Assembly (NCBI GenBank): GCA_963841675.1
Contig: CAWJEH010000017.1
Span: 95,229-159,228, forward strand
Length of the DNA: 64,000 bases
Reading direction: 5' to 3'
Source of the DNA: Terriglobia bacterium
Lineage (GTDB): Bacteria; Acidobacteriota; Terriglobia; Bryobacterales; Bryobacteraceae
Positions 34,250-43,323 of the stretch are shown here, piece after piece. Below the pieces are notes generated by a model, which saw only the letters and a program-made list of their open reading frames with translations, was not told the DNA's origin and did no database searches. The position numbers and the translations under genes are program-made. Numbering within the stretch: position 1 is the stretch's first letter; every line of letters begins with the position of its first letter.

Positions 34250-35914
34250 TCATGCATCGCTCTGTTTGGGGATATAAGTCAAACCGCCTGCGCGATACCA
34301 GCGATAACCATAGGACTCCAGCAGAATGCGATGCTTACCCGATTCATCTGCAACGCTGTGATCTGCGGATAGAACGTTCACAAGCTGCACATTCTCTCGA
34401 CCCTTCAAACCGACGCTGAGCCGGACCTCACACGGATTGAGGCTGAGATTGTGCACAATCATTACGGAATTGTCTCGCCAGTCATAGCGGATCGCCAGGA
34501 TCTCGGGCGTGCCAGTGCGAAGTATATCGAAATCACCCCAACCGATCTCCGGAACCTCCTTACGCATGCGAATAATTCGCTCCATCCAATTCAAAAGCGA
34601 GTTCGGATTACGACGCTGGTCGGCAACGTTAACGTGCTCATAGCTATAAGGGCCATTACTGATCACCGGCAAAAGCGGTTTGCCGCTGGTTGAGAAACCT
34701 CCCTGTAAATCGGTGGACCATTGCATTGGCGTGCGCGCGGACTGTCGTTCGGGAAGGTCCAGATCGTCTCCCATCCCAATTTCATCTCCATACCGGATAA
34801 CCGGAGTACCTGGCAGCGTCATCATGAGACTGTAGGAGAGTTCGAGCTTCCTCCTGTCACCCTGCAGCATAGGAGCAAGTCGTCGGCGAATGCCCCGTTC
34901 GTATAGCTGCATATTGCTGTCCGGCGCGAACGCATCGAAGACCGCCTGGCGTTCCTCCTGCCTCAGACGTCCGAGATCCAGCTCGTCATGATTCCGAAGG
35001 AATTGACCCCATTGTGCCGTCGCAGGGCGAGGCTTAGTAGCCTTCAGGGCCTTGATCAAGGGGCGTGTATCGGCCGTAGCGAGCGCGTAGAAGAGATTCT
35101 GGTTCACTTGAAAATTGAACATCATCTGCAGCCGTTCGCCGTTGACTCCGAAGTAATCCATGTCCGTATCGGCCAGGACGTTGGCCTCTCCGAGCACAAT
35201 TGCCTCTCCTTCACGCCAGCTCAGGAATTCTCTCAGCTCGCGTAGCATCTCGTATTGTTCCAGCGGCTGGATAACGTCAGCGCCCTTTTTAGCAATCACA
35301 AAAGGTACCGCATCCATGCGGAATCCGGACACTCCGAGCTGAAGCCAAAAGCCCATGATCTTCAGAATTTCCGCCTGCACTTCCGGGTTGCTTGTGTTGA
35401 GGTCAGGTTGGAAGTCGTAGAAGCGGTGGAAGTACCAGCATTTCGCAACATCGTCGTGGCTCCAGGTCGACTTCTGCACACCGGGAAAAACGACGCCATC
35501 TTTCGCATGTCTGGGCTTCTTCTTTGACCAGACGTACCAATCCCGGTACTTAGATTCGGGGTCGCGCCGAGCTTCCCGAAACCAGGGGTGCTCGTTGGAG
35601 GTGTGATTCACCACAAGATCGATCAGGACCCGCATGCCCCGTTGCTTGCATCCATGTGTGAACTCGACGAAATCGCCAAGAGTGCCATACCTGGGGTCAA
35701 CATTGTAATAGTCCGCGACGTCGTAGCCGCCGTCGCGGCCCGGGGATGGCTGAAAGGGCATCAGCCAGAGCGCGGTTACTCCGAGTCCCTGCAGGTAATC
35801 CAGTCTTCCTATGAGCCCTTTGAAGTCTCCAGTTCCATCGCCGTCTGCATCCATATAGGTAGCGACTGAGAGGCAGTACACGATCGCGTTCTTGTACCAG
35901 AGGTCGTTGATCAT
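34250..35914 (-). CDS. treS: GH13 alpha-amylase-family enzyme, trehalose synthase-like (maltose alpha-D-glucosyltransferase)
   Basis: The N-terminus WYKNAIVYCLSVATYMDADGDGTGDFKGLIGRLDYLQGLGVTALWLMPFQPSPGRDGGYDVADYY is followed by DLVVNHTS, GFRMDAV, EANV and NHDE catalytic blocks. I placed the start at ATG 35914 (MINDLWYKN); the track ORF extends to 36127 and would overlap the upstream peptidase gene. Confidence 0.75.
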   Translation of the reverse strand: MINDLWYKNAIVYCLSVATYMDADGDGTGDFKGLIGRLDYLQGLGVTALWLMPFQPSPGRDGGYDVADYYNVDPRYGTLGDFVEFTHGCKQRGMRVLIDLVVNHTSNEHPWFREARRDPESKYRDWYVWSKKKPRHAKDGVVFPGVQKSTWSHDDVAKCWYFHRFYDFQPDLNTSNPEVQAEILKIMGFWLQLGVSGFRMDAVPFVIAKKGADVIQPLEQYEMLRELREFLSWREGEAIVLGEANVLADTDMDYFGVNGERLQMMFNFQVNQNLFYALATADTRPLIKALKATKPRPATAQWGQFLRNHDELDLGRLRQEERQAVFDAFAPDSNMQLYERGIRRRLAPMLQGDRRKLELSYSLMMTLPGTPVIRYGDEIGMGDDLDLPERQSARTPMQWSTDLQGGFSTSGKPLLPVISNGPYSYEHVNVADQRRNPNSLLNWMERIIRMRKEVPEIGWGDFDILRTGTPEILAIRYDWRDNSVMIVHNLSLNPCEVRLSVGLKGRENVQLVNVLSADHSVADESGKHRILLESYGYRWYRAGGLTYIPKQSDA

Positions 35915-36002
35915 TTGCGTTCTCCCACAGGTTAGTATTCCGGCGCGGATCCACTCATATAGAAGTGAGCTACTGCGCACGCCAGGTCTGAGTGGGACAA
36001 GT

Positions 36003-37301
36003 TCAGCCGAAAGGGTGGTCGAGGGACGGGCTCGGTGGGGTGAAGAGTTCGGCTCGGGTAGCTGTGATGTGCATATCGTCTTCGAGACGTATACCGAATT
36101 CGCCGGGAATATAGATTCCGGGTTCATCGCTAAAGGTCATGTTGGCCTCAAGGGGGAGTTTATTTCCGCGCACAAGATAGGGCCACTCATGACCATCCAT
36201 ACCGATGCCGTGACCAAGGCGGTGAGTGAAGAACTTGTAGTCCGGCCCGTATCCGGCGTCTGAGATCACTTTTCGGGCGGCCGCATCCACCGCCTGGCAC
36301 TCGGCTCCAGGATGTGCTGAATCGAGAGCTGTTTTCTGCGCCAGACGAACAATATCGAAGACCCGCATCATTTTGTCGGTAGGTTTACCGAGCACGAAAG
36401 TTCGTGTGATGTCGGATTGATAGCCTTCCACAACGCAGCCGTCATCGATCATGACAACGGTATTTTCGCGGATCGCCTGAGCTGCAATTGAGCCGTGAGG
36501 GTTTGCGCTGTATGGGCCAACTTCGACGCTCGCTTCGCCAGGAAAGCCGACACGGCCATATGCGGCAGCGATTAGGTGGGACGCATCGACCTCCGTCATG
36601 CCGGGTTGGAGAGCCCGATAAACGGCTTGATATACCTTGAGCGTCGCTTTATTCGCTATGTGCATCAGTTCCAGTTCATGCGCGCTCTTTATCATCCGGC
36701 AACCGGCTGTAACGGGGGTAGCGGATGTCAGGTGAAGACCTGGGGCGCTCTGGGCGATCCCGTCGCTAAACACCCACGGTGTTTTTTCGTCGATGCCAAG
36801 TGTCCCGGTGGATCTGACGAGCGCGCGGAGGCCGGCCGCTATCAGGCTGTATGGACTCTGATCTTCGTGCCAGATGAGCACGTCCACACTTTCAAGAGGA
36901 CCGCGATTCAACTGTTCGCGTGCGCGGTCTTCTTCAAATGAGGGGCAGACGAAGAAAGCTTTGCCGCTGGCCGGAATGACAGCGGCGAAAAGGCGCTCGC
37001 TGTTGCCCCAGCGCACTCCCGTGAAGTAGAGCATCGAAGTTCCACCAGCAAGCAAGATGGCGTCGATCTGGTTCCGCGCCATCAGTTCTTGGGCTTTCGC
37101 AATGCGGGCGCGTCGCTCGTCGATCGTGATTGGTCTGACCTGTGCGCGCATCGATTGGAGGGCAGCGATCGAAGGCGGCAAAGAGGTTTGTATCGAACTC
37201 TCTAGGGCCGCTAGCGAAGGACCCCGAAGGAGGGAGAAGAGGCTTGTCCTCGCAGCAATTCTAATAAAACTTCGGCGCGAGGTCGTATCGCCCTCGATCA
37301 T
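36003..37301 (-). CDS. M24-family Xaa-Pro peptidase with twin-arginine (Tat) signal
   Basis: 432 aa. The N-terminus TSRRSFIRIAARTSLFSLL is a Tat-type SRRxF motif. The creatinase-like N-domain and M24 pita-bread metal ligand contexts are VMIDDGCVVEGYQSDITRT, HRLGHGIG, FSDEPGIY and IRLED. Confidence 0.85.
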   Translation of the reverse strand: MIEGDTTSRRSFIRIAARTSLFSLLRGPSLAALESSIQTSLPPSIAALQSMRAQVRPITIDERRARIAKAQELMARNQIDAILLAGGTSMLYFTGVRWGNSERLFAAVIPASGKAFFVCPSFEEDRAREQLNRGPLESVDVLIWHEDQSPYSLIAAGLRALVRSTGTLGIDEKTPWVFSDGIAQSAPGLHLTSATPVTAGCRMIKSAHELELMHIANKATLKVYQAVYRALQPGMTEVDASHLIAAAYGRVGFPGEASVEVGPYSANPHGSIAAQAIRENTVVMIDDGCVVEGYQSDITRTFVLGKPTDKMMRVFDIVRLAQKTALDSAHPGAECQAVDAAARKVISDAGYGPDYKFFTHRLGHGIGMDGHEWPYLVRGNKLPLEANMTFSDEPGIYIPGEFGIRLEDDMHITATRAELFTPPSPSLDHPFG

Positions 37302-37312
37302 TTAAATGCGAC

Positions 37313-38116
37313 TCAGCGTTTCTCAAGCGAAAACCGGATCACTGCAGTGCCGACGTGAATTTCATCACCAGAGTGGAGCAGCGTGCCTCGGGAACTTCGA
37401 TGAACGGGGTAACTGAGGCCATCTCTTACAATCCACAATCCGCAATTACTCTCGCCCCGGTAGCTGCGGTCATTGAACAATCGGTACTCTCCCTTGGCGG
37501 ACGATCTAGTGATGTGCGCGTGCTCGCGGGAAACGGTTTTGCCAACTTCATCCTCATCGAGGAAGACGAGATCGTTGCGACGCGAAGGCCCGGCAGTCTT
37601 AAATACTTCTGCTGTTCGCCCTATATTTGTGCGCGCTTTTTTTAGGGCGACTTTCATCTGATTCGCCGAGCCGTTGAGAACGGTCAAGCTAGCGGTGGCC
37701 GACGCTTGCACCGGAAGATCGACGACGCGAGACCGCATTGAGCTTTCAACCGAGAGCCAGGACTCACCCTTCTCAGGGAGTCTGGACGAAGTTTGAAACT
37801 CGACCGTCAAGTCGCCTGGAAACCGATAGCTCGAACGAGAGAGCGCTCGCTTAAGCTCCTCGGCAAAGTAGTTCGTAACAAACTCGCTTTGAAACACAGC
37901 CTTCTGATCGTCAGGTATCCCAAGCAGCTCGATTCGAATCAGGTCATGAGGGAAGACATGCTTGCCGCTCAACCGATGACTTCTGGCTTTGATGGTGTCG
38001 AGCGCCGCGAGACGGATTTCGGCTAACTCCGGAGCGTCCTTGGCCAGCCGGTTCGCACCGAATGGAGACTCGAAAACCGCGCGTCCAAGTTTCTCCAGAA
38101 CGTTAGATATCGCCAT
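37313..38116 (-). CDS. FhaA-like protein: DUF3662-type N-domain plus C-terminal FHA domain
   Basis: I placed the start at ATG 38116 (MAISNVLEKLGRAVFESPFG), 4 nt after the stop of the SEDS-PBP gene. The FHA block is NIGRTAE...NDLVFLDEDEVGKTVSREHAHI...YRLFNDRS...GLWIV...GDEIHVG. The track ORF to 38380 would overlap the upstream gene. Confidence 0.85.
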   Translation of the reverse strand: MAISNVLEKLGRAVFESPFGANRLAKDAPELAEIRLAALDTIKARSHRLSGKHVFPHDLIRIELLGIPDDQKAVFQSEFVTNYFAEELKRALSRSSYRFPGDLTVEFQTSSRLPEKGESWLSVESSMRSRVVDLPVQASATASLTVLNGSANQMKVALKKARTNIGRTAEVFKTAGPSRRNDLVFLDEDEVGKTVSREHAHITRSSAKGEYRLFNDRSYRGESNCGLWIVRDGLSYPVHRSSRGTLLHSGDEIHVGTAVIRFSLEKR

Positions 38117-38120
38117 CGAC

Positions 38121-41100
38121 TTACCTCTTATCAGAACCTTGTATGATGCCCAGGCTGGCGGCCGCTTCGACCAGCTCACGAGCAACTGGCGCGGCAATCT
38201 TTGCTCCATAGCCTCCGTGCTCCACGACGACCGCGAAAGCGATTTGTTCTCGTGGAGGAGCATTATACGGAGCAAATCCGGCAAACCAGGAATGAGGCTG
38301 ACCTTCATCCAGTTGCGCAGTGCCAGTTTTGCCGGCGATCGGAATATTCGAAGCTGCCATGGCTGTGCGCGCCGTCCCATTGGTTACTACCTCGCGCATC
38401 GCTGTGGCGAGAAACGCGGCGGAGCCCTGTGGAAATACACTGACCGGGGCCGCTGTTCGCCCGTCGCTGCCATCGAGAACCCAACGTCCCTCCGGCATCA
38501 TCCCGCCAGAGGCGACGGTCGCGGCAACACGCGCCATCTTCATGGGCGTAGTTACCACCGCTCCTTGGCCGTAGGCGGCGAACGGAAGCATCTCTTTCAC
38601 TTGAGCGAGACTGCCTGCGTCGATTCCAAGTAAACGAGCTGTATCCCGCAAACTCTGAGCGCCAACAGCATAGACACCGAGCTGTGCAAAGTAGGCGTTA
38701 CACGAAACCGTAATCGCCTGGCTCAGATTCAGCTTGCCGTGAACCCGGTCGCCAATGTCGTCGCGGATGGGCCGACGCCAACCTGGTATTACCGTCCCAA
38801 CGCGTCCATCGCTGAGACGCTTGCAGGAGAAGGTCCGGTTCTGGGCATCCGGATCCAGCTTGAGAGCAGCAATGGCCGTGACCAGCTTGAAGGTAGAGCC
38901 GGGAGGATATTCGGCATAACGGGCACGGTCCAATAGTTCGTCGTCACTTCCTTCGGTGCCGGCCGGCGTCGGCCAACTTACGAGAGCGAGTACGTCTCCG
39001 GTCTGGGCGTTCATGATCAGCGCTGCGCCCTTATGGGAGCTTTTTACCAAATGGCTCTTTAGGATGTCGATTGCCTTAAGCTGCAATCTGACGTCGAGCG
39101 TGGTCCGTACATCGCGCTCGCGATGCAGCAGAGCTTGGAGAGCAGGATTATTGCGCTGGTGGCGGTAACGCACGACAGCAGCCAGATCACCATAATCGCT
39201 GTAGCCCTGCAGCTTTCGATTAGAATCGTGCTCCACGAGCGAGGCATTGGTGGCATGAAAACGCTCGCCAGTGCGCAGGTCGCCAAGCAAGTGAAGCGTG
39301 GCCGAACCAAACGGATAGTGCCTGCTATCGCTGGGTGAGCCAAGTTGATCGGCAGGTACGCCGAGGCTCTCATATTCGCCACGACGCCGCTCGATCTCGG
39401 CCCAGTTGCTGGATGCCAATAGAATGCCGTTTCGATCATAGATATTGCCGCGCGGAATGGATGCCGCTAGCAGATTGAGACGAGGATTGCGCTCAGGACG
39501 CTTGACCCCATCGCTCGCGAAAACGAGAGTGTCTCTGGCGAGTAGATCCTGGTCGTGCCAGATCTGGAGGTAAGCGGCCTTGCCGGCAAGAGCAAGGGCA
39601 CACAAAGCTAGCACCACCGAAACTATTTTGAGCGGCTTGGCAAAAAGATCGGCAAACCGGGGATCTGCCTGTTGAGGCGCGCGATTCAGAACACGGACAC
39701 TAGCAACTTCGGCGCGTGCGGATTGATTTGAGATACCCAGCAGAATAGCGAAAACCAGGAAATTGCATATCATCGCCGTGTTGCCGGAGCTCAAGAAGGG
39801 TGACACAACTCCCGAGAGCGGAATAGCACCCAAGGCTCCGCCCGAGATCAAGAGCATTTCGAGCGCGATGAGAGTACCGCAGCCGGCCGCAAGAAATAAT
39901 CCATACTCGCTGGTTGCGCGAAGCGCAATGCGGAACGAGCGGGCAACCAGAACCGCAAAGAGAAGACAAATAGCGGCCACTCCAGGGAAACCCCACTCTT
40001 CAGCAATCGCCGGGAGAACCAGATCCGTGTGGCCCGCAGGAATGACGCCAGGATCACCCCAGCCCGGCCCAGATCCCCAGGCGCCACCAGTGGCAAAAGC
40101 CCAGAGCGAGTGCGCGAGCTGATCGCCGCCGTGCACATCGTTGTTCCAGGGCGAGAGCCACATCGATACACGCTCAACTACGGTATGAGGCGAACCCAAG
40201 CGATACCCTATGACGACACCAGTGACCAGCAGAGCAATCCCAAGAAGGGCAAGACCCGCTCGCCGCCGCGCCACGGCGAAAACTATCAGAAAGAGGATGC
40301 CGGTGACTAGCGCCGGTCCCATATCTTTCAGCACGAAAAACAAAATGAGCGCGCACGCCACCCCGTTCATTACCGGTAAGGCGTGACCAACCCTCGGCAG
40401 TTCGAGCCAAGCGAACCAGCGAGGCACAAATTTTCTTTGCCGCAGTTCTCGAAGCCGCTCCCAATTATGCGAGAAATAGCCGGCCAGGAAAAACACGAGT
40501 AAGAGTTTGATCAATTCAACTGGCTGGAAAGGGCCTAGGTTAACTCGAGCATCGCTTCCGGTAGGGCCCGATCCGAAGCGCAGGAGCGCTACAAAGAGCA
40601 CCAGGGCGGCAAAGAGCGGTGTGTAGGTCCAGCGCGCGAAATTGTTGTAATCGAATGCTTTGAAGAGCGGCAGCAGAAGCATGACGCAGCCGGCGAGTAC
40701 GCCCCAGGCAAATTTGTGGAATTCGAGGGTATCGCGTAGGGGGTCACGGAGACTGATCATGAGAATGAGGCCAATGCCGGTGAGCAGGTGCAGCCCCGGC
40801 AGAATGGCCGGATCACCGCGAAACTTTCGCCAGCGCCAAGTCAAATGTACGATCCAAAACGCAGCCAAGTAAAGGAACGCCCAAAGCGCACATACGCGCA
40901 GAAATTCCCGAGGAGTGCGAACGACGAGCAGGGGCTTTAGCTTAGGCAAAGGGAGAAGCGAAATGCTCGTTGAGGCTTTTCCGGAACCGGACAGTCTTGT
41001 ACGCCAGGCGGCCCATTGCGGATCGCCTTCTATCTGGTTCCGGCTCAAGCGCAGACGCGCCAGCGCCCCTATATTCGCTAAGGGCCGGTTTCTTGCAAGA

Positions 41101-41408
41101 AAGTCTTCAATACGATCCGTAACAAGCTCCCTGTTCTGCGAGGTGCTCAATACGGTCCGCAGAATGGAGGTGACTTGCTCGGGCGAGTGATCGGAATTTA
41201 TGTTCAGCAGTTCGCCGGAATGCAGCTTTGCCTGAAGTTCGGGGAAATCCTGTGTTTTAGCGGTAACCACGAGCAAGAGACCGCTGGCGACGAGCATCGA
41301 TGCTCCAAGAAGCCACCAAAACTCAGTGCGGCGTTCGGGAGGAGTACTACCACCGGAAATTTCCAACTGCAGCACGAGGCTGCTTTCACTGCTCCTGGTT
41401 ACCGCCAT
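38121..41408 (-). CDS. single-polypeptide fusion of SEDS glycosyltransferase (FtsW/RodA family) and class B penicillin-binding transpeptidase
   Basis: 1095 aa. An N-terminal ~165-aa extension has one TM. The SEDS core reads FQPVELIKLLLVFFLAGYF...GGDQLAHSLWAFATGG...PAGHTDLVLPAIAEEWGF...SPFLSSGNTAM. A TM follows, then a bPBP with the pedestal and the transpeptidase motifs STFK, SCN and KTGT. Confidence 0.9.
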   Translation of the reverse strand: MAVTRSSESSLVLQLEISGGSTPPERRTEFWWLLGASMLVASGLLLVVTAKTQDFPELQAKLHSGELLNINSDHSPEQVTSILRTVLSTSQNRELVTDRIEDFLARNRPLANIGALARLRLSRNQIEGDPQWAAWRTRLSGSGKASTSISLLPLPKLKPLLVVRTPREFLRVCALWAFLYLAAFWIVHLTWRWRKFRGDPAILPGLHLLTGIGLILMISLRDPLRDTLEFHKFAWGVLAGCVMLLLPLFKAFDYNNFARWTYTPLFAALVLFVALLRFGSGPTGSDARVNLGPFQPVELIKLLLVFFLAGYFSHNWERLRELRQRKFVPRWFAWLELPRVGHALPVMNGVACALILFFVLKDMGPALVTGILFLIVFAVARRRAGLALLGIALLVTGVVIGYRLGSPHTVVERVSMWLSPWNNDVHGGDQLAHSLWAFATGGAWGSGPGWGDPGVIPAGHTDLVLPAIAEEWGFPGVAAICLLFAVLVARSFRIALRATSEYGLFLAAGCGTLIALEMLLISGGALGAIPLSGVVSPFLSSGNTAMICNFLVFAILLGISNQSARAEVASVRVLNRAPQQADPRFADLFAKPLKIVSVVLALCALALAGKAAYLQIWHDQDLLARDTLVFASDGVKRPERNPRLNLLAASIPRGNIYDRNGILLASSNWAEIERRRGEYESLGVPADQLGSPSDSRHYPFGSATLHLLGDLRTGERFHATNASLVEHDSNRKLQGYSDYGDLAAVVRYRHQRNNPALQALLHRERDVRTTLDVRLQLKAIDILKSHLVKSSHKGAALIMNAQTGDVLALVSWPTPAGTEGSDDELLDRARYAEYPPGSTFKLVTAIAALKLDPDAQNRTFSCKRLSDGRVGTVIPGWRRPIRDDIGDRVHGKLNLSQAITVSCNAYFAQLGVYAVGAQSLRDTARLLGIDAGSLAQVKEMLPFAAYGQGAVVTTPMKMARVAATVASGGMMPEGRWVLDGSDGRTAAPVSVFPQGSAAFLATAMREVVTNGTARTAMAASNIPIAGKTGTAQLDEGQPHSWFAGFAPYNAPPREQIAFAVVVEHGGYGAKIAAPVARELVEAAASLGIIQGSDKR

Positions 41409-43312
41409 CGAAAAGAAATCGCTCGCTTCACGAAACGCGCCTTGAGCAAGATCAGATGCGGTTTCGGCGTGGGAGTGAAAAGCGCCTGCTCCAGCTTCGC
41501 CTGATCATTTTGATCCCGGTAAACTTGCTCCAAGCTTACTTCGACGTGGCTGAAGCCGGTGATAGGCTCATATAAATTCTGGGCACGATCCATGTCGCCC
41601 CGAGCCAGACGAAGCCACCTGGCGGCCTCGTCCTTAGCCTCCGCCGGAGTGCGCCTGGCCACATTGAGCTCCGTTTCACCACGCAGCAGGTATCCATCGG
41701 CTTCCTGCTCTCTTTCCCGCGGGCCAAGGGTGTAGCCGAGCTGCGCGGCCTGGTGGAACTCCGCCAGCGCCATTCCAACGTTCTGGACACGATATATATA
41801 GGCGCGCGCCAGTCCAAGGTGGGGATCGGGCGATCGAGGCATAAGGGCGGACGCACGACGAAAAGCCTGAATCGTGTAAGAAACGGCCGTTTGGCGGGGA
41901 TCCTCAACACCCAGATAGCCGTCGCACAGGTGCAATTGTCCCCGGGCCCGAGTGTTCAAAGAATCAATCTCAAGAGCATAGAGCAGGCATAGGCGAGCAC
42001 GGGACCAGTCGAAATTAGCTGGCTGGTCGTCTGAACTACGCCGGAAGCGGCCAATCAGATTGTTGGCCGAATCGAGGAGATTTGCCCGGAAGCCATCCTC
42101 GATGTCATCGTTGGGCGACAATCGCGGCCACCAGAAGTTACGATGCTTGGCACTCTGGTAATTTTGCCAGTCCGCCGCGAGGACCGAAGGGGGGAGCAAC
42201 ACGTAATCCTTGCGCTGCGCCAAACTCCGCCGAATCTCCTGGAGCTGGAAGTATCGTGTGGCCGGAAGAAAAAGCACGAGTCCGCATAGAACGCCGGCTA
42301 AAAGCGCGATCGCAAGATTCGTTATGTCCGGCGGAGCGTTCTTCATGAACCGCACCCGTACTCGCTTAGAGGGCGCAGCTTCCACAAGTTTTGGGGCGGC
42401 CGGGGCTGCATACCGAAAAATTGTGGTATTAGCCTTCCTGTGTTGAACGCTCTCCTCTGCTGCTTGTGTGACTCGATTCTCGAGAAAAGCCAGCAGATCC
42501 GCTTCGAAGGCTTCGGCCGATGAGTAACGGCAACTCAGGTCACGTGCTAAGGCCTTCACGACGATCTGAGCCAACTCGGCCGGGCAATCATCCGGGAGAG
42601 CCGGCACAGGTCTTCGCGATTTGATCAAATCTTCCAGCTTGCGCGTGTCCTGTGCCTCGAACGGCGCCGAACCGGCGATCATTTCGTAGAGGCACACACC
42701 TGTTGCCCAGATATCCGCATGCACGTCAACCTGGGAATCACGCAGTCGCTCCGGTGAGCAGTAGCCGGGGCTTCCCAGCTGATGTCTCGTCAGATCGCGG
42801 CCGGAGGTAATGAATTTGGCAATGCCGAAATCAAGTATTCTGAGTTGATCATTCGCCCCGATCTGGATGTTAGATGGTTTTATGTCGCCGTGCACTACGG
42901 CCGTCTTGCGACCATCTTTCTGGGAAACGAATTCATGCAGGATGCGCAACTGGCTGCAGATTTCGGCTGTATAACGTGCAGCGCGTCTAGGTTCGAGCCG
43001 TCGTTCCGTACCTAGTATCTCGGCCAATGTGCGACCGGGATAATACTCCAGAACTGTATAGAAAATGCCATCCTGCTCGCCCGATTCGTATACATCGAGT
43101 ATGTGCTCGCATCCGGCAAGCTGCCGCTGGATGTGGACACCCCGTTTCTCGGCTTCGATGACGAGCTGCGTCGAGACATCATCCGAAATCTTTATGATCT
43201 TGAGGACTACCGGACGGCCGAGAACTGAGTCCCGGGCAAGGTAGACATCTGACATGCCGCCGCCAAGCTTTCGGATAATCTCGTATCTGCCGAATCGCTC
43301 TTTTTCAGTCAC
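41399..43312 (-). CDS. Hanks-type Ser/Thr protein kinase with one TM and a non-PASTA extracytoplasmic domain
   Basis: 637 aa. Kinase motifs are the GGGMSDVY Gly-loop, VVLK, HGDIKPSN (non-RD catalytic loop), DFG and SPGYCSPE. The TM spans aa 331-351 (TNLAIALLAGVLCGLVLFLPA). A ~285-aa helical, TPR-like-looking ectodomain follows. The gene overlaps the SEDS-PBP start by 10 nt. Confidence 0.9.
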   Translation of the reverse strand: MTEKERFGRYEIIRKLGGGMSDVYLARDSVLGRPVVLKIIKISDDVSTQLVIEAEKRGVHIQRQLAGCEHILDVYESGEQDGIFYTVLEYYPGRTLAEILGTERRLEPRRAARYTAEICSQLRILHEFVSQKDGRKTAVVHGDIKPSNIQIGANDQLRILDFGIAKFITSGRDLTRHQLGSPGYCSPERLRDSQVDVHADIWATGVCLYEMIAGSAPFEAQDTRKLEDLIKSRRPVPALPDDCPAELAQIVVKALARDLSCRYSSAEAFEADLLAFLENRVTQAAEESVQHRKANTTIFRYAAPAAPKLVEAAPSKRVRVRFMKNAPPDITNLAIALLAGVLCGLVLFLPATRYFQLQEIRRSLAQRKDYVLLPPSVLAADWQNYQSAKHRNFWWPRLSPNDDIEDGFRANLLDSANNLIGRFRRSSDDQPANFDWSRARLCLLYALEIDSLNTRARGQLHLCDGYLGVEDPRQTAVSYTIQAFRRASALMPRSPDPHLGLARAYIYRVQNVGMALAEFHQAAQLGYTLGPREREQEADGYLLRGETELNVARRTPAEAKDEAARWLRLARGDMDRAQNLYEPITGFSHVEVSLEQVYRDQNDQAKLEQALFTPTPKPHLILLKARFVKRAISFRWR

Positions 43313-43323
43313 TCCGGCACCTC

